Program-made: the position numbers and the translations under genes
From: an uncultured Thermoplasmatales archaeon
GTDB lineage: Archaea > Thermoplasmatota > E2 > UBA202 > DSCA01
DNA: 64,000 nt
Assembly (NCBI GenBank): GCA_964514975.1
Contig: CAZESS010000008.1
Location: forward strand, 1 to 64,000
Direction: 5' to 3'
The notes under the pieces: generated by a model
The model's input: only the letters and a program-made list of their open reading frames with translations
Told to the model about the DNA's origin: nothing
The model's database searches: none
Part shown: positions 47,538 to 57,112 of the stretch, in pieces
Layout of the letters: each line of letters begins with the position of its first letter
Position numbering within the stretch: the stretch's first letter is position 1

Positions 47538-47722
47538 GCGTCACAATATAGCAGCGGGCTTAAATCTTTCCGTTTTTCTCAACAATGCCTGAACAATGGT
47601 CAACCACGCTTGAACGAAGGCTTATATGCCCGTGTCAGATAATATCACAGCGGCAGGGAGACCACATGCATTTTCCAATCACCATGCTCCCTGCCATGCC
47701 TCCATTCATCGGGCAAAAAAAA

Positions 47723-47796
47723 TGCCCGGAGCGGGATTTGAACCCGAGTCCAAGCCTCCGCAGGGCTTTAGGATATCCAAGCTACCCCATCCGGGC
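47723..47796 (-). tRNA. tRNA-Arg(GCG), CCA not encoded
   Basis: Acceptor stem GCCCGGA/TCCGGGC; anticodon arm AAGCC-CTGCGGA-GGCTT; TTCAAAT T-loop; followed by a T8 run. Confidence 0.93.
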
Positions 47797-47802
47797 ATGT
47801 GG

Positions 47803-48321
47803 CTACGTGTGCAGGTCCACCATCGCCACCTGCTCCAATATGAGATCCTCATACATAGAGGTATCGATTGCCTCGCGCATCGCCATCGAAATACCGAAGC
47901 GCTCGAAAACGCTGTCAGTGCCCGCCAGGACGTCGTCGTCGGAGACAAGCGAGCGCTCCTCCATGAACCCCTCGATGGCCGCCGCCCGGCCGTCGGCACC
48001 CTCGATGCCGGTGTCGCCGACCGCAACCAGCACCATGGGGCCGTCGCGGATGCCAGCCCGCTCGATGGCATTGCGTATCTGCCGGCAGCCGGAGGCATAC
48101 AGCAGGATTTCCATCGACAGGTCGTTGCAGGTCGCCGTGTTGCGGCGAACCGAGCGCACTGCGTGCTCCACCGCCGACCTGACATGTACCTCGCCGTATA
48201 TCGCATCAGCGTCGAACGCCTGGCAGACGATTTCATGGGCTGCTGCATACTCCTGCAACGCGGCGATGAACGCCTCGCCGTCCCGGATGCTGCCCCGGCA
48301 GCCATGTATCCTGATGTCCAT
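47803..48321 (-). CDS. cgi121: KEOPS complex subunit Cgi121
   Basis: QAFDA, H..SA..HA, EILLYASG.RQI..AI. Confidence 0.9.
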   Translation of the reverse strand: MDIRIHGCRGSIRDGEAFIAALQEYAAAHEIVCQAFDADAIYGEVHVRSAVEHAVRSVRRNTATCNDLSMEILLYASGCRQIRNAIERAGIRDGPMVLVAVGDTGIEGADGRAAAIEGFMEERSLVSDDDVLAGTDSVFERFGISMAMREAIDTSMYEDLILEQVAMVDLHT

Positions 48322-50421
48322 CTATACCACCTGTTCCCGTATCGCCCTGGCGGTCTCCGAACCGATGTGCGGTATCTCCTGCAGCCGTGCTATGCTCGCT
48401 TTCCTTAAATCGTTTACGCTCCGGAACCCTGCCTTGTAGAGCGCCCTGGCCCGGACGCGCCCGACGTTACGGAGCTCAACCAGGTTGAGGAGCTGCTCCC
48501 GGCAGCCGTAGCGCATCCGCATGATGAGCTTCGTCAGATCCGGCACGGCTTCGAAGTCAAATATGCGGGCCATCTCCCGCATCGCATGGAGCAGCCACTC
48601 GGCGACCTCGACCTTGCCGTGGATGTCCCCCGGCCCGACACCGTATTTTTGCACGAGATGCTGCTCCCGCCGCTCCAGTATCCAGTCCTCCAGCAGCGCC
48701 GCGGTTTTCACCTCGGCGAGGAACCATTCAAAATCCGGTGAGATGGGCAGCGGCACCTCCAACGCGAAGACGTTCTCGTCCACCGTGTCCTCGAGCCACC
48801 TGTCGCCCTTCGAGACATAGAGACAGCGCATGTCCGGCGCCGAACATATGGCGTGCAGATACGAAAACGTGGACGCTCGCGGTGCCTCCAGCGCCGTCCG
48901 CATCTTAATGGCCGAGAGCGGGTCGACATAGAGGCTGGAGGTCTTCCGGCCAAATGGCGTGGCGGTCCACACGCCCTTTTCGACGATGAAACCCTCCCGC
49001 TCCAAAAATGATACGATGTCCTCCAGCTGCCCGGACGACAGCACGCCGTGCTGATGGACGTAAAACGTCCGGTTGAAAAAATCGACGATCTCGTTCATGG
49101 TGACCGCGAAATCGGTGGCGATGAGCGACAAAACATGGATGCGCAATGCCGGCTCGCTGCCCAGCTTCGAATGGATGGGCTCCAGGTCGGCGTCGATGTA
49201 GCGCTCCATGAGCTCATGGAGCTGCCGTTTTTTCCGTGCTACGAGTATCGCCTCGCCATGGTCGTCATAGCCGGGGCGGCCGGCCCTGCCCATGGCCTGC
49301 GCAATCTCCATGAGCGGGATGGGCACCATGCACCCGGCCTCGCCCGAGTAGCGGTAGGTGTGCTTGACGATGACCCGCCGTGCAGGGGTGTTCACGCCGG
49401 CTGCCAGGGTGGGAGTCGCCGTGATACATTTGATGTCGCCTGCCTTAAAGGAGTCCTCGATGGCCCTGCGCTGGCCGCTCCGGAGGCCGGCATGGTGGAA
49501 CGCGACGCCGTGCCGGATGTGTTCAGCCAGTTTTTTTGCGATGGAGGTGCTTTCCTCGCCGGCGAGGACGTCACGGGCGGCCTGCTCGAGCGGCTGCATG
49601 TCGTCGATGTAAGGGGCGACGTGCTCCTGCAGTTTTCCGGCGAAGCGCTGCGCCGCCCGGCGGCTGTTGACGAACACCAGGCACTGGCCGTGGCTGGCGA
49701 TGGTGTCGGTGACGAGCGAGATGGTGTCACCATTGCCCTCGATTTTCCGGGTGGCCAGGTCGCCATAATGGATGACGCCGTTGTAGAACACGCCCTCCCG
49801 GAGGGGGACGGGCCGCCAGGTGTCCTTGACCAGCCTTGCATCAAGCCAGGCGGCGATTTCCTCGGCGTTCTGGATGGTGGCGGAGAGCGCGATGACCTGC
49901 AGCCCGGGGTGCATCATCCGCAGGCGGGATAGCACCATCTCCATCGTCGGACCCCGCGAGGCATCGTCCATGAGATGTATCTCGTCCGCAACCACCGTAT
50001 CGACATCGTCTATCCAGCGGGCGCCGTGCCGCAGCAGCGAATCCGCTTTTTCCGAGGTGCAGATGATGATATCGTTGCCCCGCAGCCGGCTGCCGCTCTC
50101 GTCGTAGTCGCCCGTGGAGACGCCGATGGAAATGCCGAGCTCCTCGAACATGTGGAGGTCCTCCCATTTTTCCCGGGCGAGCGCCCGCAGGGGAACGATG
50201 TACAGGCTTTTCCGGCCCTCCAGGGCGGCCTGGGCGATGGTGAGATAGGCGACCAGGCTTTTGCCGCTGGCGGTGGGCACCGACAGGACGACGCTTTCTC
50301 CCTGCAACGCGGGCGGCAGCCCCTCCTGCTGCGGCGGCCACAATCCGGTGTACCCCTGCGCTTTGATGAGCCGGCGGATGTCCTCGTCCACGGGAACGTC
50401 GTCGATGGAGTCCCAGGCCAT
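48322..50421 (-). CDS. hel308: Ski2-like ATP-dependent DNA helicase Hel308
   Basis: PTASGKS, DEIH, LSAT, FHHAGL, GRAGRP, VGRVRAR. Confidence 0.95.
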   Translation of the reverse strand: MAWDSIDDVPVDEDIRRLIKAQGYTGLWPPQQEGLPPALQGESVVLSVPTASGKSLVAYLTIAQAALEGRKSLYIVPLRALAREKWEDLHMFEELGISIGVSTGDYDESGSRLRGNDIIICTSEKADSLLRHGARWIDDVDTVVADEIHLMDDASRGPTMEMVLSRLRMMHPGLQVIALSATIQNAEEIAAWLDARLVKDTWRPVPLREGVFYNGVIHYGDLATRKIEGNGDTISLVTDTIASHGQCLVFVNSRRAAQRFAGKLQEHVAPYIDDMQPLEQAARDVLAGEESTSIAKKLAEHIRHGVAFHHAGLRSGQRRAIEDSFKAGDIKCITATPTLAAGVNTPARRVIVKHTYRYSGEAGCMVPIPLMEIAQAMGRAGRPGYDDHGEAILVARKKRQLHELMERYIDADLEPIHSKLGSEPALRIHVLSLIATDFAVTMNEIVDFFNRTFYVHQHGVLSSGQLEDIVSFLEREGFIVEKGVWTATPFGRKTSSLYVDPLSAIKMRTALEAPRASTFSYLHAICSAPDMRCLYVSKGDRWLEDTVDENVFALEVPLPISPDFEWFLAEVKTAALLEDWILERREQHLVQKYGVGPGDIHGKVEVAEWLLHAMREMARIFDFEAVPDLTKLIMRMRYGCREQLLNLVELRNVGRVRARALYKAGFRSVNDLRKASIARLQEIPHIGSETARAIREQVV

Positions 50422-50505
50422 GCCGGGCTAACATGCGGAGGCATAAAACGTTTTAGCATCCATTCCAATACCTCTTTATATATCGAGGGGTTTACATCTG
50501 CACGC

Positions 50506-51273
50506 ATGGAATCAATAGCCGATTTGAAGCAGCTGTGCACCGATGTCGCCGACGTGATATCGGAGACGGTGCGGGATGAGCGCGAGCGGTGTTTCGAGCG
50601 CCTTGGCAGGGAGGTATGCATGGGCGCCGATGGCACGCCGACGCAGCATGTCGACAAGATAGCGGAGGAGGTCGCCCTGGAGGTCGTCGACGGCCGGGTC
50701 AACGTGCTGTCCGAGGAGGCTGGCTATGTTGACAACGGCCGCGAGTATACCATGGTGCTCGACCCCATCGACGGCACCCGCAACGCGGTGAACGGCGTTC
50801 CCTTTTATTGCACGTCGATTGCCATCGGCCGGCAGCGGCTCAGCGACGTCATCTACGGACTGGTGCGCAACCTGCCCACCGGGGATACTTACACCGCCGA
50901 AAAGGGCGAGGGCGCCGCCTGCAACGGCCGGCCGATATCGGTGCAAACCCGGGATGAACCATTGCTGTCGCTGGTGCTGGGCACCTCGGGCACCGAGGAG
51001 ACCTGGCAGCGCGTCCGCCATCACCACATCCGGTCGCTGGGAGCAGCCGCCCTCGAGATGTCGCTGGTGGCCGCCGGGGCGCTGGACGCCTACTACCAGG
51101 CCAACGAATATCTGCGGGTAACGGACTTCGCGGCCGGGGCGCTGCTTGTCCGGGAGGCAGGGGGCGCCGTATACGATAGCCGCGGCGACGTGCTCGACGT
51201 ATCCCTTGACCTGGACGTGCGGAGCAGCGTGCTCGCCGTCTCGGGACCTGCCATGCGGGAGGTGATCCTGTGA
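50506..51273 (+). CDS. Inositol monophosphatase/FBPase family protein (possible NADP phosphatase)
   Basis: GADGTPT, LSEE, LDPIDGT, RSLGAAALE, D.AAG. Confidence 0.88.
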   Translation: MESIADLKQLCTDVADVISETVRDERERCFERLGREVCMGADGTPTQHVDKIAEEVALEVVDGRVNVLSEEAGYVDNGREYTMVLDPIDGTRNAVNGVPFYCTSIAIGRQRLSDVIYGLVRNLPTGDTYTAEKGEGAACNGRPISVQTRDEPLLSLVLGTSGTEETWQRVRHHHIRSLGAAALEMSLVAAGALDAYYQANEYLRVTDFAAGALLVREAGGAVYDSRGDVLDVSLDLDVRSSVLAVSGPAMREVIL

Positions 51274-52088
51274 AATGGGGCATGATATGTAAGCCGTCGA
51301 AGCCCTCGTTCGCCGTCGCCGATCAGATATATCAGCTGATGGACGACATATTGCTGGAGAACAAGGTGGCGGCGCAGCTCGGCGAGGACGGCTACACCAT
51401 CGGGGAGCTCGGGGACATGGCCGACCGGCTGGTGGTCATCGGCGGAGATGGCACCATCCTGATGGTCATGCGGCGGATATCGAAGCCCATGTTCACCATC
51501 AACACCGGCCAGGTCGGGTTCATGACCGAGGCCAGCGTCGAGGACGCCGTGGAGAGCATGCGGAAGGTGCTCCGGGGCGAATGCTACGTCGAGGAGCGCA
51601 TGCGCATTCAGACATCGCTGAACGGCTCCCGGCTGCATGACGCCACCAACGAGGTCACGGTTCACACCTCCGCCGTCGGCAAGATCCTGTCGCTGCGCCT
51701 CCTCGTCGACGGCGTGGTCACCGAGGAGCTCGACGGCGACGGCATGATCATCGCGACGCCGACCGGCTCGACCAGCTACGCGCTGTCAGTCGGCGGCCCC
51801 ATCGTCGATCCTTCTATCGATGCGTTTGTCGTGGCGCCGATGGCTCCCTTCCGCCATACAGCATCTCCGCTCATCATCCCGGCCGACAAGACGCTGCAGG
51901 TCCACATCATGGGAAAACGGGATGCCACCGTGGTCACCGACGGCATCCAGGAGGGAACCCTGTCGCGGCGGGGGACGCTCGAGCTGTCCTTGTCGGAGAG
52001 CACGGCGAAGTTCATCCGCCTGGAGCAGAATTTTTATCGGAAGGTCTACGAGACCCTGTCCTTCCACACCAAGAGGCACGACGTATGA
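51270..52088 (+). CDS. nadK: NAD kinase
   Basis: GGDGT, NE, ATPTGSTSYALSVGG. Confidence 0.93.
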   Translation: MKWGMICKPSKPSFAVADQIYQLMDDILLENKVAAQLGEDGYTIGELGDMADRLVVIGGDGTILMVMRRISKPMFTINTGQVGFMTEASVEDAVESMRKVLRGECYVEERMRIQTSLNGSRLHDATNEVTVHTSAVGKILSLRLLVDGVVTEELDGDGMIIATPTGSTSYALSVGGPIVDPSIDAFVVAPMAPFRHTASPLIIPADKTLQVHIMGKRDATVVTDGIQEGTLSRRGTLELSLSESTAKFIRLEQNFYRKVYETLSFHTKRHDV

Positions 52089-52468
52089 TGGCCATCAGGG
52101 GCATCGAGCGGGGCACGCTCGACCTCATCAAGGAGAGCGCCCGCGAGGTGTATCCCAACGAGTTCGGGGGCTTCCTGTCGGTTGGCGACGACACGTCGGT
52201 GATATCCGAGATTGTTTTGCTGCCCGGCACCATCTCGGGGAGCACCCATGCCATCTTCCGGCTTGACATGTCCCCCCCGGACAGCAGCATCGTGGGCACC
52301 GTCCATTCGCATCCATCAGGGCCGCCCCGTCCCTCGGAGGCGGACATGCACCTGTTCCAGAAATACGGCCGCGTCCACGTTATCATCGCGGAGCCCTACG
52401 ACGACACGTCATGGCGGGCCTACGACTACCGCGGTGAACCCCTGATGCTGGAGGTGGTCGAGCTATGA
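52085..52468 (+). CDS. JAMM/MPN+ (Mov34) metalloprotease
   Basis: E...HSHPSGPPRPSEAD (HxHx7Sx2D). Confidence 0.9.
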   Translation: MMAIRGIERGTLDLIKESAREVYPNEFGGFLSVGDDTSVISEIVLLPGTISGSTHAIFRLDMSPPDSSIVGTVHSHPSGPPRPSEADMHLFQKYGRVHVIIAEPYDDTSWRAYDYRGEPLMLEVVEL

Positions 52469-53583
52469 AAAAGGACATCCGAGAGGCGCTCCAGCGGGCG
52501 CATGAGCACGACCGGTCGTTCGCGTCCGGGCGCATCCTGGGCTCGATGTGCACGATGCCGCATCCCGCTGCGCTGGACGCCTACCGCGAGTTTCTGGAGA
52601 CCAACCTGGGCGACGCGAGATTGTTCCCGGGCACCAAGCAGCTTGAGCGGGCGGTGGTCGCCCGAATCGGCGAGCTATTGCATGCCCCTGCCGCGGCCGA
52701 CGGACGGATGACCTCCGGGGGAACCGAGTCCAATCTCACGGCGCTGTGGATTCATACGCGGCTGCGCGACAGCGGCCGGGTCATCGTGCCCGAACATGCC
52801 CATTTTTCCTTTGAAAAGGCGGCCATGCTGATGGACCTGGAGCTGGAAACGCTGCCCTGCCGCAATCATGTTGCCGACGCCGAGGCATTGCCCGGGATGC
52901 TGGACGACGACGTTGCCTGCGTGGTCGCCGTGGCCGGCACCACCAGCCTGGGGCTCGTCGACCCCATCGAGGAGATGGCCGGATGCTGCCATGAGGCAGG
53001 GGTGCCATTGCATGTCGACGCGGCCTTTGGAGGATTCATCCTGCCGTTTCTGCACCAACTGGACATGCCCGACCGATTGTTTGACTTCGCCCTCGACGGG
53101 GTGAGCAGCATATCGCTCGACCCCCACAAGATGGGCATGTCGGTCATCCCGTCGGGGGTGTTCATGCTCCGTCAGGGCGACTGGTTTGAGCGCATCGCCG
53201 TCCGGGCGACCTGCACCCATACCCGCCGGCAGTTCGCGCTGCTGGGCACCCGACCCGGGGCGGCAGCAGCCGCCACCTATGCGGTGCTCAACGAGCTGGG
53301 ATGGACCGGCTACCGCTCCGTTGTATCAAGATGCATGGACACAGCCCGGTATGCCGCGCTGCGGCTTCGCGCTGCGGGCTTCACGCTGGTAACCGAGCCC
53401 GAGCTCAACGTGCTCGCTGTCAGGATGGCGGAGCCACAGCATGTGGCAGAAACGCTGGCCGAACAGGGCTGGATGGTCGGCGTTAACGAGCGCGATGGCG
53501 CGATTCGCCTGGTGATGATGCCCCATGTGAAAAAGACATTAATAGACGACTTTGTTTCAGACCTGACAACGGTGGTATCATGA
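52465..53583 (+). CDS. mfnA: Group II PLP decarboxylase, L-tyrosine/L-aspartate decarboxylase
   Basis: ILGSMCT, NLGD, SGGTE, HVDAAFGG, DPHKMG. Confidence 0.88.
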   Translation: MKKDIREALQRAHEHDRSFASGRILGSMCTMPHPAALDAYREFLETNLGDARLFPGTKQLERAVVARIGELLHAPAAADGRMTSGGTESNLTALWIHTRLRDSGRVIVPEHAHFSFEKAAMLMDLELETLPCRNHVADAEALPGMLDDDVACVVAVAGTTSLGLVDPIEEMAGCCHEAGVPLHVDAAFGGFILPFLHQLDMPDRLFDFALDGVSSISLDPHKMGMSVIPSGVFMLRQGDWFERIAVRATCTHTRRQFALLGTRPGAAAAATYAVLNELGWTGYRSVVSRCMDTARYAALRLRAAGFTLVTEPELNVLAVRMAEPQHVAETLAEQGWMVGVNERDGAIRLVMMPHVKKTLIDDFVSDLTTVVS

Positions 53584-54125
53584 ACAGGCTCGAGACATCG
53601 CTGCGGCAGGCGCCCATCGTCGACAGAAACGGCTACCGCTACGTGGTGCATCCCGTCACCGACGGCATCCCCGCCATCGAGCCCGAGCTGCTCATGGAGA
53701 TAGCGGAGCGGATGGCCGAGCAGATGCCCGACTGCGACCGCATCGTCACCACGGAGGCCATGGGCATCCCCATCGCCACGGCGCTGTCGCTCCAGACCGG
53801 CATCCCGTTCACCATCATCAGAAAGCGATGCTATGGATTGCCCGGCGAGGTCTCGGTGGAACAGGTCACCGGCTACTCCTCGTCGCAGCTCTTCATCAAC
53901 GGCCTGCGGGAGGGCGACGAGGTGGTCGTCGTCGACGACGTGGTTAGCACCGGCGGCACGCTCATCGCCGTCACCCGGGCGCTCCGCGACATGAGCGTCG
54001 CGGTCAAAAAAATCCTGATAGCGGTCAACAAGGGCGACCGCACCGACATAGAACGACGGATTGAAATGCCGATACATACCCTGGTTGACATAGCTGTGAA
54101 CGATGACATCGAAATCATTGATTGA
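53580..54125 (+). CDS. hpt: Archaeal hypoxanthine/guanine (purine) phosphoribosyltransferase
   Basis: HPVTDG, EAMGIP, VDDVVSTGGT. Confidence 0.85.
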   Translation: MNRLETSLRQAPIVDRNGYRYVVHPVTDGIPAIEPELLMEIAERMAEQMPDCDRIVTTEAMGIPIATALSLQTGIPFTIIRKRCYGLPGEVSVEQVTGYSSSQLFINGLREGDEVVVVDDVVSTGGTLIAVTRALRDMSVAVKKILIAVNKGDRTDIERRIEMPIHTLVDIAVNDDIEIID

Positions 54126-55095
54126 CCGTGACCGGCTGGTAGCGCTCGCCGGCGGCTGCCAGCGTGTCCAGGTCATGCTGCCCGACGGCCTGCTCCGTCA
54201 TGCCCCTGCCATCGTGGATGCGCTCCATGCCGCCGATGTCGAGGTCGTTTTGTCGGCGGATAGCTGCTATGGCGCCTGTGACTGGTGCGGCGACACCACC
54301 GCCGACCGGATTGTGTATATAGGGGAGCTGCCGATGCCCTCGCTCGAAGGATGCTACCCTGTCCCGGCTGTTTTTTTGCCCGTGCCGGCATCCCATGACA
54401 TCACGCCGGCCGTCGAACGGGCGATGGAACTGCTGCAGGGCGACAGGGTCGGCGTGGTCACCATCGCGCCCTATGTCGACCAGCTGGACAGGGCAATCGA
54501 GATGCTCGAACACGCCGGCTTTACCGCCCTGACCGGAAAGAAAAGCAGGCGGACCGCCCGGGACGGCCAGATACTCGGCTGCGACCTCACCGCGGGCACC
54601 ACGATAGCCGGCAGCGTCGACTCATTTCTCTACATCGGCGACGGCATGTTCCATCCCCTGGGGCTCGCCCTGGCCACCGACCATCCCGTCGTGGTGGCAA
54701 ACCCGGCGCAGCGCAGCGCGACACGTGACGAGCTGGCGGCGATGCGGGACAGGCTCCTCAGACGGCGCTACGCCCAGATAGCCAGGGCAGGCGACGGCCA
54801 CCGCGTGGGCGTCATCATCGGCACAAAACTGGGGCAGCGTCGCCCCGAGCTGGCGGAACGGATGCGGGAGCTGGCGGTGCAGCATGGCTACAGCGCGGCG
54901 CTGCTCTCCGCCAACCTGCTGCAGCCGGAGCGCCTCGACCATCTCGGGATGGATATGTATGTGTCGACGGCCTGCCCCCGGGTTGCCATCGACGACGCCG
55001 GGCGCTTTGAGCAGCCGGTGCTCACGCCGATAGAATTCGAGATACTGGTCGGTGAGCGCGACTGGAATGAATACGAGTTCGACCAGATCGTTTAA
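54103..55095 (+). CDS. dph2: Diphthamide biosynthesis enzyme Dph2
   Basis: CYGACD, GQILGC, G.FH, K.GQ, TACPR. Confidence 0.92.
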   Translation: MTSKSLIDRDRLVALAGGCQRVQVMLPDGLLRHAPAIVDALHAADVEVVLSADSCYGACDWCGDTTADRIVYIGELPMPSLEGCYPVPAVFLPVPASHDITPAVERAMELLQGDRVGVVTIAPYVDQLDRAIEMLEHAGFTALTGKKSRRTARDGQILGCDLTAGTTIAGSVDSFLYIGDGMFHPLGLALATDHPVVVANPAQRSATRDELAAMRDRLLRRRYAQIARAGDGHRVGVIIGTKLGQRRPELAERMRELAVQHGYSAALLSANLLQPERLDHLGMDMYVSTACPRVAIDDAGRFEQPVLTPIEFEILVGERDWNEYEFDQIV

Positions 55096-56999
55096 ACGTT
55101 GATGTACAGGATGTTCGTCATGCGCGCCTCGTCGGTGTTCCCCGCCGCGTCGTAGGCAACGACCCTGACGCGGTACTGGCCGAAGGAGCGCTCGTTCCAT
55201 GTCCAGGCATACGGGGTCGTGATGTCGATGTATCGCATGTCCCAGTCGTCTTCGTTGTTCGACCCGCTGCCCATGTCGTCCGAGTAGAACTCGACTCTGT
55301 CGATGTCTGAGAAGGCGTCGGTGGCATCCACCTCGACGGTCATTCTGCCGATGACGATGGTGGTGATGTCGGTGAACGGCTGGGGGACGAACGCGATGGG
55401 GATGGGCGGGGTGATCTCCCGGTCGAGGAGGTTGATGTAGAGGTAGTCGGCCTTGGGCCTGACGAGGGAGACGTCAGGGTCGGTGGTGTCGATGGTGAAG
55501 TTGCTGGATATCGCCCAGCCGGTGTTGCCCGCGTCGTCCGTGGCGTTGACCCGGAGCTGGTACTTGCCGTTGTTCCATGTGGAGATGTCGATGGATGTCT
55601 GCCCGGTGTTGCCGAGCGGAAACGACATGTTGACGTTGCGCCAGGTTTCGCCGTCGGCCTCGCGGTATGAAATCCATATGGTGTCGAGGGTGTTGTCGAT
55701 GTTGTCGGTGGCGTTCCAGACGACGTCGAGACGGCCCTTGCCGCCCAGGACCTGTCCCTGGCTCGGCTGGTCGATGACGATGGCGGGCGGCAGGTTGTCG
55801 AGGGTGAACCAGCCGGAGACGTTGGCGCCGGTGTTGCCCGCGTCGTCCGTCGCGTTGACCCGGAGCCGGTAGACGCCGGCGGTGACCGGGCGGGTGTTCC
55901 AGGTATAGGTGCCGGTGTCGCTGAGGTTGGTTTCCAGGGTGAGCGAGGTGTTGTCCTCTCTGACAAGGTGGATGCTGATATCCCGGCTCAGGTTGCCGTC
56001 GACCTGGTCGGATGCATTCCATGAGACGGTCACGGTTCCCTTCACGTATTCCGTGGCGGGTGCCAAAACCTCGACAGCCGGCGGCGTATGGTCTATCCGT
56101 ATCTGCCGGGAGCCGGTCGTGACGTGTCCGGCCGCGTCGGTGGCGCGAAACATGAAGGTATGGTTGCCCTGCGCGCTTATCGGGAAGAGGCCGGCGTAGT
56201 CCGTCCATATGTTGCCCGTTACGTCGCGATATTCCGTCCGGTTTATCCCGGACTGGTTGTCGACGGCGTCGAGCGTTATCTCGACGGGGCCAACATACCA
56301 GCCGTTGTCGCCGCCCGGCGTCGCCGGGATGAGATGGCAGGTGATGGATGGCGGGGTTGTATCGATTTTGACCGGGCAGGTATGTGGCTCTCCCTGAACA
56401 CCGTCGGCGGTCACCGCGTAATATGTGACGATGTGGACGCCGTCGGCGGTCAGGTTGAACGATTCGTTGTACGTGTGCCATGGCCCGCCGTCGATGCTGT
56501 ACATGGTATGATTGTAGCTCGAGGTGTTGGCGACCGGTGTGATGGTGACGGACACGTTGCTAACGTACCAGTGCTGCTCGCCGAGTGTGCCGTTGCACGT
56601 GACCGCGAGCTCCACGTTGACGTTGTCAACCGTGACATCGCGCGAAACAATTGGTGAGTAGCTGGTGCCGTCGTAGCTCCGCGCCGCGATGCTGTGCTCG
56701 CCGTCCTGGACGGTCGTGGTATCCCAGGTGTACGTCCAGCTCGTGTTTCCATCCGCGTATCGCCAGGTACCGTTGTCAATCCGTATCTCGACACGGTGGA
56801 GCGTCTCGTTGCCGTCCGGGTCGCTGGCGTTTCCCTGCACCATGACGGTTCCGCTGACCGTGGCTCCCTCCTGCGGGGATAGAATCGTGACCGCTGGCGG
56901 CTGGGCTCTCAGGCCGTTCGCCATGACGAGGGTGACGGAAAGAGCGATGGCGGTAACGATGATGAATGATATAATGCCGAGTAACCTTTCCTTTCTCAT
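55092..56999 (-). CDS. Secreted multi-Ig-like-domain surface protein
   Basis: Signal peptide; repeated D.T.P...W.A.D...A.D.AGN modules. Confidence 0.85.
   Translation of the reverse strand: MRKERLLGIISFIIVTAIALSVTLVMANGLRAQPPAVTILSPQEGATVSGTVMVQGNASDPDGNETLHRVEIRIDNGTWRYADGNTSWTYTWDTTTVQDGEHSIAARSYDGTSYSPIVSRDVTVDNVNVELAVTCNGTLGEQHWYVSNVSVTITPVANTSSYNHTMYSIDGGPWHTYNESFNLTADGVHIVTYYAVTADGVQGEPHTCPVKIDTTPPSITCHLIPATPGGDNGWYVGPVEITLDAVDNQSGINRTEYRDVTGNIWTDYAGLFPISAQGNHTFMFRATDAAGHVTTGSRQIRIDHTPPAVEVLAPATEYVKGTVTVSWNASDQVDGNLSRDISIHLVREDNTSLTLETNLSDTGTYTWNTRPVTAGVYRLRVNATDDAGNTGANVSGWFTLDNLPPAIVIDQPSQGQVLGGKGRLDVVWNATDNIDNTLDTIWISYREADGETWRNVNMSFPLGNTGQTSIDISTWNNGKYQLRVNATDDAGNTGWAISSNFTIDTTDPDVSLVRPKADYLYINLLDREITPPIPIAFVPQPFTDITTIVIGRMTVEVDATDAFSDIDRVEFYSDDMGSGSNNEDDWDMRYIDITTPYAWTWNERSFGQYRVRVVAYDAAGNTDEARMTNILYINV
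55518..55871. repeat. 45-bp intragenic direct repeat (55518-55562 and 55827-55871, 2 mismatches)
   Basis: Encodes Y[QR]LRVNATDDAGNTG twice. Confidence 0.85.
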
Positions 57000-57112
57000 G
57001 ATTCCACCGGACTCGTGAATTGGTAAAACAGATGTGCTTTTAAAACGTTTGCTCTCCCGCCCCCTGCCGGGATACAAAAAGCGTTATATAACCCCTTGAT
57101 TTTGCCCAGACG

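Noticed and set aside
47723-47796. tRNA as an integration site
   Set aside because: No integrase and no duplicated tRNA 3' end noticed; flanks are housekeeping genes
55518-55871. Repeat pair as a diversity-generating retroelement TR/VR
   Set aside because: Too short, both copies are in frame in one gene, mismatches are not adenine-specific, and there is no reverse transcriptase in the window
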